Position numbers and translations under genes: made by a program. Positions 1 through 14,009 of a DNA stretch of 64,000 nt are shown one piece after another (the first letter of the stretch is position 1; every line of letters starts with the position of its first letter). This DNA is from Octopus sinensis. Taxonomy: Eukaryota. Location of the stretch: contig NC_043006.1 of NCBI RefSeq assembly GCF_006345805.1, positions 35,526,001 to 35,590,000 on the forward strand, in the 5' to 3' direction. The notes beneath the pieces are model-generated. The model was not told where the DNA came from. It did not search any database and worked only from the letters and a program-made list of their open reading frames with translations.

Positions 1-759
1 AGTGACTGAGTAATCCACAGTCGCGTGTACCCATAACGTAGTTCTCAGGGATATTCAGCGTGACACAGAGTGTGACAAGACTGGCTTCTTTGAAATACAG
101 GTACAGCACATTTTTGCCAGCTGAGTGGATACAACATAGAAAAACATACAACATAGACAAAGGAAATTATACAGTGCTTAGTATGAAGATCTATTATTTA
201 CTCTTCTTTCGATTCGGTATATTGAAACTACTTCACGGTAATTGTGTCCCACTATTTTGTCCCTTCTTTTTTGGGACCTGATGGATCAAAATGATGACTT
301 GTTGCTAAGTTAAATCTTCCATTCTTAAAAAATAAATAAATTCAACAGATTTGAGAATAAAAGCAGAGTCACAATTCCAGATGACGCGTATTTTATCACG
401 TGATCCAATAATGTTTAATCGATGCATTAAACTTTAGCCTTGAGCATCGAATTAAACGTTTCTTGTTCAGGAGAACCTTGCTTTAAAAGAATATCGTACT
501 ATCCAGGGAAATATTTTTGCTTCCCTTCGATTAACGCCCCCAACAACCTTAGATAAACACAATATCACTAGGTTTATTCTATTTATTCTAAAACGGTAAT
601 CTATGAGAAAAAAAATTTTGAATATCCACATTAGCTTCCAAAACCTTTAATCTAGTTAAAATGTTGCTGTGTGATGGTATTACTTGTTTGTCATTAATAT
701 TCTCGTCTCTTTGATATTTTGTTACGACAAAATGCAGAAAATACTTGATGCAAGAGTGA

Positions 760-1450
760 CGAACGATTTTCAGTTATTGTGTTTTAAAATATTTAATCAG
801 ATGTTCTTGATTTCTACGACAGATATGTTGACTCTAAACGAATAGGTAGTTAACACAAGCATTTCGTGAAACAATATATGAATCTTCTTCGATTTGCAAA
901 GATAATACGGTTGTAACCATGTTTGCTAGTCATAAGATCTCATATACTTCAAATAATATTAGTAGGATTTTATTTTCCAATACCATAGTTTGATAAAATT
1001 ACCTTCAAAGATATTTTTGGATTTCATATAGAATACTGATGTTGATGAAGTCGTCTCTTGAAAGTATTGCCAGTAAAACTAATAAAATCTTTGGAAACTG
1101 TAAATACTTTTGCAGAATAAGCTATCAATTTCGAAAGATATCTAATGGCTAGTTTATGAGGTTAAGTGAGATAAATGAACTATAAATATTAGATGTAGAC
1201 AGTTGTTAAGATTTTTATTGTTTATGTTCACTATTTCTGTTTCAAAATAGCGAATAAATTTTACTACTAAAATTTTATAATACTTATGATTCTTTGTAAA
1301 GTTCTTAACTCAAAGATAACATGTTTATCGAAAAGTGTACTTACATTGAGGATGGGTGAGTGGGATATAAAAGCAAATAATTTCAGGTTTATTATTGCTA
1401 TGTGTTTGAGAATTAATATCAGTTATTTAACAAATCTTATCTTTAAACAA
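760..1450 (-). pseudogene. Heavily decayed PLE GIY-YIG endonuclease 3' remnant
   Basis: Minus-strand frames with stops give FISFTGNTFKRRLHQHQYS...LSNY and LQIEEDSYIV...ICRRNQEHLIKYFK, matching the PLE pattern YIGxTxxxFKxRxxxH and LCxEEKxxI...CRH. Confidence 0.5.
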
Positions 1451-1959
1451 GCTGTTATAACACTTCATTGTAAGAGCCTATTTATATATAACAATTAGCT
1501 TGGTGTATGAGTGTGTATATGTGTGTATGAGAGAGAGAGAGACAGAGAGAGAGAGAGAAAGGAAGGGAGAGGGCAAGGAGAGAGACTATCAGTGTGTGCT
1601 TTGTCTGTGTATGTAAGAATAGTGTTCTTATCCGCTTATATTTAGAACTATGTAAAACCAATGCGTTTGTTATACTGTGCTACTTCAAACCTAGAACTAA
1701 ATTAATTTGATAACGATGAATTAAGAATGATGCAGAAATATTTGCTTGACTTGTTCTATTCACCTAACTGCTTAATAGCTATACCCAAGCATGGTCCCAG
1801 CCTAATGAATAAAATCAGTAAAAAGCCGCTATCCTAGATACATGTATGATTAAATTTTTTAAGTATATGATATATTAAGGCGGTTTGCAGATCATTAGGC
1901 TACGCGCTTGGATGGTCGAGCCAGCAGGTCATTGTTCCCTCTTTAAATCAAAGGCTTAG

Positions 1960-2510
1960 CAATAGCTCAATGTCGACCGCGGAAGAATTTGTACTCAGAA
2001 CGTAGCGAAATACCGCAAACATTTCGTCCAGCGTGCTGCCAACCTCTAAATATTAGTTCCAATTTTGGCACAAAGAAAGGCATTGTGGCAGCGTTTGTCG
2101 GTTACATCGACTCCGGTACTGGATTGGTATTTTATTCTATCGACCCCGAAAAGATAAAAAGCAAATTTGACTTCGGCGGAATTTCAACTGAAATATCTGG
2201 AAGAACTGCCACTAAGTATTCTTTTGTTCTTGGTTTTCGCGACATGCTAACGATTCTGCTAGCCGGCTCCCTTCACGCCAAGTTCTAAATATCCTTTCTA
2301 GTATAAGCACAAGGCGTGAAATTTGTGAGGGGGGAACTAGTCGATTACATCGACCCCAGTGATTCACTGGTACTCAATTTATCGACCCCAAAAGAATGAA
2401 AGGCAATGTCGTCCGCGGTAGAATTTGAACTCAGAACGTAGCGACGGGCGAAATACTACAAACATTTCGTCCAGCGTGCTAACAATTCTGCCAGCTTGTC
2501 CTCGCCCCAC
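1960..2510 (-). mobile_element. Three adjacent copies of SINE family A (tRNA-derived)
   Basis: Repeated reverse complement of CTGGCAGAATCGTTAGCACG...TTCTGAGTTCAAATTCCGCCG...CCTTTCATCCTTT..GGGGTCGATAAA..AGTACCAG. Confidence 0.8.
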
Positions 2511-3436
2511 TTCGCTTCAAGTTTGAAATATGAGAAGTATTTCAGCAAGCTACCACAAACCAACATTCTTTCTTCTACTTTTGCCATCATCTATAATTCA
2601 ATGTGATTTTGAAAACTTAGTGACGAGTTCAAATTGGAGATGTTCTCTGTGATTACTGCGGCATATTAATTAGAAAATTAGCAAAACAATGCTACGTGCA
2701 CGAAGCATTTTCGATTGTAATATTTTGGTCGCTTCTGGTAGAGCAAACGCGTGCACGCACACACGTACACAGACACACTTACTCAGACACACACACACAA
2801 ATACACATACACACAGACTCATTAGCACTCACACGATGGCAATTATTTATTTATAACAATAGATTTATTATATAAATATATCCCATGTATATATTCTGTT
2901 ATATGTATACGTGAATGTGTATAATTCTGTGTGCGTAGATATACGCTCACGCGAACACACACACACGTACAAATATACCAGCACACATACCCAAAACACA
3001 CACACACACGCACGTATGTACGCATGTCTGCGTGTATGTATATAATTATATTGTCTTTGTTTGCTTCATGGAAGTTAACAAGATAGAGACATGTAAATTA
3101 GATCCATTGTTCCCGTTTAGCTTCTCTGTTATTACATTGCTTCCAACGAGGCTTTGCACTTACTTCATTAACGAAATATATTTAAAGCTTTATTGTAACT
3201 TTGTGCAGACTTCTCACCCTTCCTCTTCGTCTCTCTTCCACCTTCTCCTTCTCTTTCCTTCTTTCTCCACCCTGCTTCTCTATGTAACCTCTAACTCTAT
3301 CAATGTAACGCTCTTTCTTTCACTCTTTTCATGACGCTCCCTGAATCTGGATCGTTGTTTGGAGCACTGTTCTTTCATTCTACCTCTCTCTCCTTCTATC
3401 TCACTCTCTTTTTTTCTGTCTCCAGCTATCTACCTC

Positions 3437-3438
3437 TA

Positions 3439-3508
<70 letters not shown>

Positions 3509-4429
3509 ACTTTCTGCCTGTCTGTCTGTCTATCTATCTATCTATATCTCTCTCTCTCTATCTATCTATTTGTCAGTCTATCTATCTATCTGTCTGTCTA
3601 TCTATTTGTCTACCTATCTGTCTATCTGTCTACTTTATATCGCTGTTCTCTCTTCAGTCACACATCTAAGCAATCACTCTCACATTTAATCACACTTTTA
3701 AGACTATCGCTTCATCTTCCAATTTCTCTCCTTGTATTCCCATTATTAATATAATATTCTCTCTCATCTACTTCTCGAAATTTCCTATAGCAAATTGAAA
3801 GTAAATGCCACTATTTGAAACAACTTCGCCCTTCCATTACACCATTACACCCCAACACAAGCAACACCACCACCACACGGAATTAAAACATTACTCCCTT
3901 AAAACGTCAATCAATCTTATTACCTATCTACATATTACCTCACTAAATATTGATATATCTATCTATCACTCTATATTTCTCCTTGCTACTACTTATTTAT
4001 AAATGCAATTTAACATCAACCTGTCTATTCAATTACCCATATTCAAATTCATTTATCTGTCTCTCTGTCTCTTTGTATATCTATCTACGCATCAGCCTAT
4101 CCATCTATCTATTTTTATGCCTAATTCCATTTGTCTATCTCTCTTTCTATCTACATATCTATCTCAATTAATCTATGCAATCTATTTCTCTATCTCACTC
4201 TATTCATCTGTCTATCACTCCATCAATCTCTCCACCTATGTATCTATTTATCTATCTCTATCTGTTAGTCTGTCTATATATTTATATATCCATCTCTCTA
4301 ACAATCTAACTCCCTGTCTCTCTATATGCTAAACTCTCTATCTGTCTGTCTCTGTCTCTGTCTACTCTCACTCTCTCTCATTCTATCTATCTATCTGTCT
4401 ACCTGTCTATCTATCTATCTATCTATCTA

Positions 4430-4467
<38 letters not shown>

Positions 4468-4490
4468 ACTATCTATCTATCTATCTATCC
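3437..4490 (+). repeat. (TATC)n / CT-rich microsatellite region
   Basis: Direct reading. Confidence 0.9.
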
Positions 4491-4654
4491 CCATTCCTGC
4501 GTGTCTCTTTATTTATCTAACTAACAACCTAATTATTGCCAATACAACTGATTATTTGTTCGCAAATCCAGCTTCAATCATTGATTTAATAAATTTGTTC
4601 ATTTATTTCATCAATTAGGTGCTCTCAACTTTGTTTGAGCTGAGAGCATGTTTT

Positions 4655-4656
<2 letters not shown>

Positions 4657-4713
<57 letters not shown>

Positions 4714-4740
4714 TTGCTGCTGCTGCTGCTGCTGCTGCTG

Positions 4741-4809
<69 letters not shown>

Positions 4810-4810
4810 T
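4657..4810 (+). repeat. Compound (CTA)n(CTG)n(CTA)n microsatellite
   Basis: Direct reading. Confidence 0.97.
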
Positions 4811-5239
4811 GTTTATCATTTATTGTAATTATTATTATCATTTTAGCAGAATCGTTAGTGTGTCTGACGAAATACCTAGTGCTATTTCTTCCATCCTTAT
4901 TAAATGCTGAGATCAAATTCTTCTCCGGAGTCGACTTTATCGTTCATCCCTCCTGCTCGTTAAAATAAGTATCATCTCAAGTGCTGAGCTTGATGACCTC
5001 CATTAACCACCATCTCGTCAGAATTGTAGGCATTGATTAAAAATTTGAAACAATTATCATTATCACCGTATTTATTATTTATATTATTACGGTGGTGGTT
5101 AGATATACTAGAGTGAGAGAGGCAAGAGAGTTTATAAATGATAGGAAAGCTTGGAGAGTGTTTGTGGATGGTTGAGTGAATTTGGTGTTGCTCAAAGAGG
5201 TACGAAACCAGCAAGAGGTACGAAACCAGCAAACTCATA

Positions 5240-5433
5240 AAATTGTTAGCACGCTGGGCGAAATGCTAAGCGGTATTTCGTCCGTCGCCACGTTCTGAGA
5301 TCAAATGCCACCGGGGCCGGCGTTGCCTTTCACCCTTTCGGGGTAGATACATTAAGTAGCAGTTACGCACTTGGGTCGATGTAATCGACTGTCCCCTCCC
5401 CAAACTTGAGGCCTGGTGCCTCCAGTAGAAAGG

Positions 5434-5512
<79 letters not shown>

Positions 5513-5735
5513 GACGGTCAGCTGGCAGAATCGTTAGCACACGGGAAAAAATGCTTAGCGCATTTCGTCCGTCCTTAAATTCTGAGTTCAAATTCCGCCG
5601 AGGCCGACTTTGCCTTTCACCCTTTTGGGGTCGATAAATTAAGTACCAGTGATGTACTGGGGTCGATGAGATCGACGTATCCCATTCCCACCAATACCAA
5701 ACCTTGTACCTATACTAGAAAAGATTATTATTATT
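5240..5735 (+). mobile_element. Two tandem SINE family A copies, each ending in (ATT)n
   Basis: Copies at 5240-5510 and 5511-5735 with A/B-box-like heads and the conserved core. Confidence 0.85.
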
Positions 5736-6955
5736 AGTAGTAGTATTATTAATCCGTTCTCAAGTTGAACACAGGTAACCACGATTTAACGGAAGTGTTT
5801 CTGTGTTAACACTAATCTAGTGTTTCTGAATGCATATATCACTCAGTATGTATACATGTCTCTTGTATGTATTCAGGAATGTGCGGATGCATACATGTGG
5901 CTATACATATATGCTTCAGTGTTTTTACATAGGCATTTCAGTGTTTGTATGTGCGCGTTTGTATGTGTGCGCGCGTATGATGTATCTGCGAGTGTATTTG
6001 TTCATGCCACAGACAGAGTAACGATAATATTGATGCTGTGATTACCGTGCTTTCGATATAATAAAATGTCTTGGTTCCCTTTGCACGTTCTTTGCCACAA
6101 ACAACAATTTATCAGTATTAGATGTTTTCAATATAAAAGGCAGGTCAGGTTACTTTATGTTGGCTGAATTCCGTAAATCAACTGTATATATTATGTACAT
6201 GCAAGCACACACACACACAGCATACACACACAGATGCGCGCTCACATAAACAAAATTACACACACGACAAATGTGTAGCGCGTGTGGAAACTTCTAATTT
6301 CACGCAGTTGCTCTAAGATACCTGAATTAATTTCTCAATACATCACAAGCGACATTCTGTCCAATTCAGACACACAACCAGCAATAAAAAGGGAAGGGGT
6401 TAGTCGATATCATCGGACTCCAATACTTGATTGGTAATTTATCATATCGGCACCGAAACAAAGAGATACAAAAGCGAATGCAAATACAAGGATCAACGAG
6501 AGAAAGGCAATTCTTTTCTGACGTTCTGACAATTTTGCCGGATTGCAAGCGTATTTTTTCTACATTGAGTTATTTAGCACTGTTATTCTTAACGCGAAGA
6601 TGTGCGTGTGTGCATATAAATACGGACACACAGACAAAAATACACATACACATACACACATACACAGAGTCACACATGCTGAATGTCTGAGGAGTTGGCC
6701 CTTTTCGTTTCACATCCATAAAAAGTTAAGTAAAACGAGGTGTTATCTCAGCCTGTTATTGAAACCCCGCTTTATACTTTGAGAGCCATTTCTAATCGTT
6801 TGCTTGCTCAATTCCCTCACTTCCATCGGAGTCGACATTATCATACTTTGATATCATGAATACCGTTGAATTTGTAGAGTTGATCTAATCGACTTAACCC
6901 CTTACACGTAATTGCTGCCCTCGTGTTAAAAATTGAAATTATCATTATAATTATT

Positions 6956-7270
6956 TTGATTTGTCGCAGGATCGGTCTCATTCCCGGCAGGGATTATGTG
7001 GATAGATGGTTACTGTCTGTTGGTAGAGCGCAACTCTCAATATCAGCAGGGGGACCCGACAACATCCACAAGTTTTCAGCAGTCTTTCAAGTGCTTAGAA
7101 CCCCGCTGATAATCCTTGCTGTCCTTAAGAGACAAACTTTCTGTAGGAGTTCTACTGGACATTCTATTCCAATCTCCTTCAGCCGTTTGTCTAAATCTTT
7201 GCTTACTGTTCCCAACGCACCAATTATTATAAGCACGACTTTTACAGTTCGCATGCTCTAAATTCTTCCT
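6956..7270 (-). mobile_element. 3' fragment of an R4/Dong-like RLE non-LTR retrotransposon
   Basis: Minus frame reads MRTVKVVLIIIGALGTVSKDLDKRLKEIGIECPVELLQKVCLLRTARIISGVLST* (stop at 7087-7089), matching the RLE C-terminal pattern V+P++IGALG...LQK..LLGTARI. Flanked by (AAT)-type repeats on both sides. Confidence 0.8.
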
Positions 7271-7283
7271 ATTATTATTATCA

Positions 7284-7365
<82 letters not shown>

Positions 7366-7383
7366 CATCATTACTACTGTTGT

Positions 7384-7625
7384 TGTTGTTACTAGGGTCA
7401 TGAGCTGGCAAAATGTTTTTGTACGCCGGACAAAATGTTCAGTGGACGTCATCCAGATTTACGTTCTGATTTCAAACTTCGCTTTTCTTTTCATCCCTTC
7501 GGGGTCGATAGAAAAAAATACCAGTTAAGCATTGGGATTCCTGCAATCTACTTCCCCACTCTGTTCAAATTCCTAGGCCTTATTAAAAATTCAATTGTTA
7601 TTCCTATTTTTATTACTACTACTAC
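7384..7625 (+). mobile_element. SINE family A copy
   Basis: GAGCTGGCA...TTCTGATTTCAAA...CATCCCTTCGGGGTCGATAG...ATTACTACT tail. Confidence 0.75.
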
Positions 7626-8212
7626 TAGTACCGTTCAGCAAATCAGAAAGTTTCTGTCATGGAATTCACTTTTAGTTTCCCTGCTAGTCAATTTCCATTA
7701 GTGCAAATTACACAGGCATCTACACACATGTATGCATCCATTCCGCAATCGTGCACAAGTTGTCCGTTGGCACTCCTGCCACAAGCGAAATCAAAGCAAC
7801 GTCGCCGGCCTTATGCAACTCAACGCTCAGATGTCGATTAAGATAATGAACAGAAGAGACGTACCGTACCGGTATCTGATGGACCTATGTGCAGTGAGAG
7901 TTTTCTCAGGAAACAGCTTACTTCAAATGCATGCGTATATTCCTGTACAGATACATCTACGGTTATTTGCCCATCAATCATTTATCCATTGATTCCTAAT
8001 GTATACATGCTTACGTCTGCAGATACATATATGCATATGTGTGTGTGTGTGTGTGTAAAAGTGTATTTGGGATATACATACAAAGATACAAACACACAAA
8101 CATATATGTATACGTATTTTCATGTGCATATTTATGCCTAGCTTTATACTTACGCACATATATTTGATATATATATAGTATATAATTATATATATATATC
8201 TATATATATAGT

Positions 8213-8250
<38 letters not shown>

Positions 8251-8494
8251 TATATATATCATCATAAAAAGCAGAGAGAAAAAGAAAAAGAAAGAATAAA
8301 CAAACGTCTGGAGGTGGCAGAAGCAATATATTAAAAACCGTATGTACGTGTATATGTGTACATATATATATATATATATGTTGTGTGTGTGTGTGGTGTT
8401 GTGTGGTGTGTGTGCATATATCTATCTATCTATATTTATATATGTATATATACATATACCTATGTATGTATGTAGATATCTATTTATATATATT

Positions 8495-8562
<68 letters not shown>

Positions 8563-8829
8563 TAGTAACTTTATCACAGCTTCTTTCAGCGCATACAGCG
8601 GAGGTGATCGTTTATTGGTCTGTAATCTCATTTCTTTATTGTCATTCTGTAGTCGACTAACGTATATTGAGTCCTACACCAGATTATTAGTCTCTCAATA
8701 CCGAAGCGAAATACTAAAATTCAAACATGTATGCATGTATGTATGTATGTATGGATGGATGGATGGATTGATGGATGGATGGATGAAAGGAGGGAGAGAG
8801 GGACGGACAGATGGATGGATGGATGGATA

Positions 8830-9186
8830 GTTTACCGTTAAGGAAAGATCACCAAGATAGTACTCCATCCAGATAGAGAAAATCAGTCTCCGTCGGTTAC
8901 GACCACGAGGGTTCCGAGCGATCCGATCAGCGGAACAGCCTGCTCGTGAAATTAATATGCCAGTAGTTGAACGCTCCACGGATAGTCGCATCCTTAACGT
9001 ACTTCACAGGGCGATTGGGCGTGGCACAGAATGTGGCGAGGCTAGTAGAACTCATTTTTGCCAAATGAGTCAACTGGAGCAAGATGAATAAAAATGTTTT
9101 GCTCAAGGACAAAAAGCACCGCTAGGAATCGAACTACCATACTTACGATCATGAGTCGCATATACCTAATCACTAAGCCACTCACC
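8830..9186 (-). mobile_element. SINE family D (tRNA-derived) copy
   Basis: Reverse complement begins GTGGCTTAGTGATTAGG...GTAGTTCGATTCC...TCCTTGAGCAAAAC...CAGTTGACTCATTTGGCAAAAATGAG. Confidence 0.75.
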
Positions 9187-9325
9187 AGTGAAATTGATAG
9201 ATATGATTTAATATACACAATTTACAAAAAAGGTACTAATTCTTAGATGCTATTGAGATAAAATAATTTGGCAAATTTATGTAACACTTCATATATCTGC
9301 AAGCCATCTTTGAGGCTCACATTAC

Positions 9326-9409
<84 letters not shown>

Positions 9410-9441
9410 TATTATATATATATATAAATATATATACATAC

Positions 9442-9499
<58 letters not shown>

Positions 9500-9665
9500 A
9501 TATATATATCGATATATATGCGTGTGTATGGGAACGTATATATAATATATGTGTGTGTGGGTATAGGTATGTGTATATATATGTGTATGCACACACACAT
9601 ATATATACATAAATATATCTATCGATATATATATATATATGTATATATTTGTGTGTGTGTGTATG

Positions 9666-9704
<39 letters not shown>

Positions 9705-11675
9705 CACACATAGACATATAAATATATCTATTGATATAAATATATATAAAGAGAAAGAAAGTGAGAGAAAGAGAGAGACAGAGAGAGACAGAGTGGGGTT
9801 AAGTTATTTAAATATGTCTCTATATGTTTGTACATGGTATGTGTGTGTAATCATGGTATCCGTAAGTGAAGATAATATTATTATTGCTTATGTTTAGATT
9901 AATCATACTGTAGTAATCACAATCATCATTCTCATCATGTTAATTAATGTCATAGACACAATCAGCATCATATAAAACAACAAAAACAAAACAACTTTAG
10001 CTCTGCCAAGAATAACACTACCAAAAACACCAACAACAACAACAGGGCCAGAACACCATCAACAAAACTTACAGAAATAGCAAGATAGCTGTCAGGTTCC
10101 TTTCTCAAATTTTAAATTAGCCTTAATGAAACATAATGGCTAATAATTATGTTAATATTACATAATAATGCAAATTTCGTATGAACATTAAATAATATAC
10201 ACTAGAAGAGCGAGGCAAACACACACACATATACTGACTTACAAATATTCTCATACCACACGTACACATATGCTAATTTGATATACCTCCACACACACTC
10301 TGATAAAACATTCCAAGGGCGATGCTGAGTGCGGTTTATATTGTTACATCTATAAACTGATGCAGCGAAATATTCCGAATAAAATTACCTTCTATTTCCT
10401 TGATATCTTTTATACATTATAAAAGCAAGTATACATACATACATACATACACACATATATATATATATTACGTATATATCTCTTATTATAATATATTATA
10501 AATATATATATTAATATGTATATATATATAATATAAATATATATAATATACATATATAATATAAATAAATATATATTTATGTAATTGCTTTCATAATATA
10601 TATAAGATATATACTTACATATATATACATACTTATTTATACACACCACACACACACACACCCACATACATATAGATAAATGGCAATCTCGCTGCGAACA
10701 GCAGCGTACCAATCTTCACGAAACATAGCATACATGTTAAACTAACATCCAGTTCAATGATAAGCTAGTTGAATTTCAATAAACATCAATAATTGGCCCC
10801 CCTGTTGATAAAATGAGAATGGTACAAAGAGTGTTCGGTTGAGGGAAATGTGGTGGCATAATGAGTGTGACTGATATTAGGGAAGAAGAGGTGAAGGCAG
10901 ACAGAGAGACAGGGAATGTGAGGAACAGAGAGAGACAGTCACAGAACGGGAGAGGGAGAGAGAATGTTTACTAAATTGCCACCATTTACATCTTCTACAA
11001 ATAGTCAGAATGGTGAAACGTACGTAGAGAACCACATAAAGAAACTGCATTGTATGTTTCTTATGTTTATTTCTTCCTCTCTGTTTTCCCTGTATATTAT
11101 AACTAGAGATAGTGCTAATTCCAGTTGTAACCACATGATGGAGATGCATAATGGTATCGTTTGTCGAGCTCTAAAATCACTAAAAACAGTACATCTAAAT
11201 GTGGACATGGGAATGTGTGTATGTGTGTGTGTGTGTGTGTGTACATATACATAAATGTATATAATTATGCACGTATATCTCTATTTGCGTAGATTTAATC
11301 GATACAAAGGCTGATTAAATATGCATAATGTATATACACCTCTTTAGGCGTACCAGTCTATTGAAAACGCGTGTAATTTAGGTAGCCAGTTTCGATTCCT
11401 ACACAGTGCTTAAAGAAGGTTTTTTTTCTGGATATATATAGTCCCTATTTGTTTGTATGTGGAATATCTGTACACACAAAGAAGCAGACAAGCAGAGATT
11501 GCTACATGCACATTCGCATAATTATGCTTGCGCTACATTTATACAGATATATTGGCATATAAAAAGATGTGTACATTCATACATACATAGGTACGTATAA
11601 ACATACATATATACATAAGAATATACAAAAACATGTACATAAGCCCCATACACACAGTCACTGATTTGTGGGTAT

Positions 11676-11707
<32 letters not shown>

Positions 11708-12426
11708 AATTCTCGTTTATATTTCCACACAAGTTTCCATATAAACATACATACATAAGAATATACAAAAATACCTACATAAGCCCCATACACACAGTCA
11801 CTGATTTGTGTGTGTGTTGTGTGTTGTGTATTATGTGTTTTTTTGTATATATATCTCGTCCGTTTATATATTCTCGATAGTTACACAAGTTTACACTGTA
11901 CGCCTCATATATTCTGCGAAGCATTTTCGATAATATGCTGATGTAGAATGATTAATACATATTACAAACGATATGGCCTTTCAAACTTTTATTTCACCCA
12001 CCTCTGACCCATTATCAATGTTTACGTAGTTCCATTGCTATTCATCAAACGAACATTACGTTTATTATGCGATATCTCTTCTTTGTTTTAGGAATTTATT
12101 TGTTATTTCCAATGCAATTCTGTAAAAGCAGACGATAGCATGTGTAACGAGCGTGGAAATCTCCTGTCATGGAAGCCAACGTTTTCATTTAACCAACGAG
12201 ACTGACTGCAATTTAAACAAAAATGATATTGCTTTGTTACAGACCATAGAACTCGTAGCAGGTCATGCGATCAGCGCAGATATGCGAGCACATGGTAGTT
12301 CACATACATACTCGCACGTACGCCAGGAGACACATACAAATAAATAATAGGAAGTAAAAGTACATGAAGTTGGAGCATCTTGCTCAGAAAGCAATTTACA
12401 TATACACGACACACACACGCACACAT

Positions 12427-12485
<59 letters not shown>

Positions 12486-13171
12486 GAGGTTGAATCGAAA
12501 GTCATGCAAAGTTAGCATAGCTATTTTATTAACCCAGGTCGTTCAAATTCATATGGTGTTAGAGTTACACTTCTGCTTTACAAAGGTACGACGCCATATC
12601 CATAACAAGCAATGCATTGACCTCATTACTGAACCGAAGTCTCGTAACATTGGGAAAAAAACTTTAGGTGTGTGCACCAACGAACGAACATATTCCTAGT
12701 CACTATCAACTGGTCTCTCATGAAATTGTTTTCTCCGAAGACGGTCCGTCATCGTAGGGCGCCAGTCCTGAGTTGTAGTGTGGAGGAGAAAACTACAAGG
12801 CAGATTCTTTTACCGATTGCCTGAGTTGTTACCACGGCGGTCGCACAGTGTCATACTAAATGTAGATCGTTTTCAGATTGTTGCTTGGTCTCTTTCGTTT
12901 AATGGCTTCGCTAATACTTCTGAGTTTCCCAGTGTATCGCTCGCAGCGCGTGGCGCAACGACATATGAGAACGTGGTAGAGTACAGTATAAAGCTCGTCA
13001 GATTTCACCCGTCGCTATCCAGTAGTAAGTATAATACGTACTTCCAGATCTACATTTGGGCTTCTGTAGTGTGTGAATAGATAACTGAGAAAGCTTGAGT
13101 CAACAGGAAATACAAATAAAATAAATGTTCAACCGTACACATTCGTGTTAACTCCAATTCCTTTAATATAT

Positions 13172-13214
<43 letters not shown>

Positions 13215-13298
13215 TATTCGAGACAAAACCACTATTTTGTCAAAACAAACAAGGAAAGATAATTAATACAAAATTTTAATAAATAGTCAAAAAAACCG

Positions 13299-13342
13299 CC
13301 ACTACATATCGTTTCTTGTCTTGATCGACAATCTTCAGGTGG
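13299..13342 (-). ncRNA. Hammerhead ribozyme motif (C3:G8)
   Basis: Minus strand reads CCAC-CTGAAGA-TTGTCgatcaaGACAA-GAAACgatatGTA-GTGG. Confidence 0.72.
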
Positions 13343-13389
13343 ACTTCCAATAATCAGTGTCAAATAATTGACACTGAATTATTGGAAGT

Positions 13390-13434
13390 CCACCTGAAGA
13401 TTGTCGATCAAGACAAGAAAAACGATTGTAGTGG
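13390..13434 (+). ncRNA. Hammerhead ribozyme motif (C3:G8), degenerate
   Basis: CCAC-CTGAAGA-TTGTCgatcaaGACAA-GAAAAACgattGTA-GTGG; two extra As in the GAAA box. Confidence 0.58.
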
Positions 13435-13619
13435 CGGTTTTTTTGACTATTTATTAAAATTTTATGTATTAATTAAGTCTTTCCTTGTTTGTTTGCAAAT
13501 AGTGGTTTGTCTCGAATAATATTTTATAATATTTTACTATAAAATCGATTAATCCTAATCTGATTTTTCCCTGTAAATTGGATTTATTCCCTAAATTTAT
13601 TATTATATATATATATTCT

Positions 13620-13878
13620 TTTATTTGTTGCAGTCATTTGGCTGCGGCCATGCTGGAGCACCGCCTTTAGTCGAACAAATCGACCCGAGGACTTATTCTT
13701 TGTAAACATAGTACTTATTCTATCGGGCCCTTGTGCCGCCGAACCGCTAAGTTGCGGGGACGTAAACACACCAGCATCGGTTGTCAAGCGATGGTGGGGA
13801 GAAAAACACAGCCACCCCAAGATACACACACACACAACAACACACACACACACACACCACACAACACACACACGCATT

Positions 13879-13909
<31 letters not shown>

Positions 13910-14009
13910 CGACGGGTTCTGTCAGCTTCTGTCTTTCAAATCCACTCACAAGGCTTTGGTCGGCTCGAGGCTATAGTAGAAGACACTTGATCAAGGTGCG
14001 ATTGATTTG
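13620..14009 (-). mobile_element. SINE family B (tRNA head + internal TA/TG microsatellite + tail); head cut by the assembly gap
   Basis: Same bipartite layout as 31841-32310, 63236-63650 and the split copy at 34770-36780. Confidence 0.8.

Larger units (their letters stand above)
13205..13528. repeat. ~324-bp near-perfect palindrome (PLE terminal-repeat-like hairpin)
   Basis: Arms 13205-13363 and 13368-13528 are reverse complements with a few indels and a 4-nt loop. Confidence 0.93.

Noticed and set aside
378-410. CAGATGA-CGCGT..ACGTG hammerhead-like string
   Set aside because: The core is mutated and the GAAA box is absent.
11013-11030. GAAACGTACGTA palindromic stem III-like string
   Set aside because: No CUGANGA-type core or stem II upstream.
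11595-11810. ~70-bp local duplication (similar cases at 25960-26100 and 58325-58430)
   Set aside because: Ordinary slippage duplications within low-complexity DNA.
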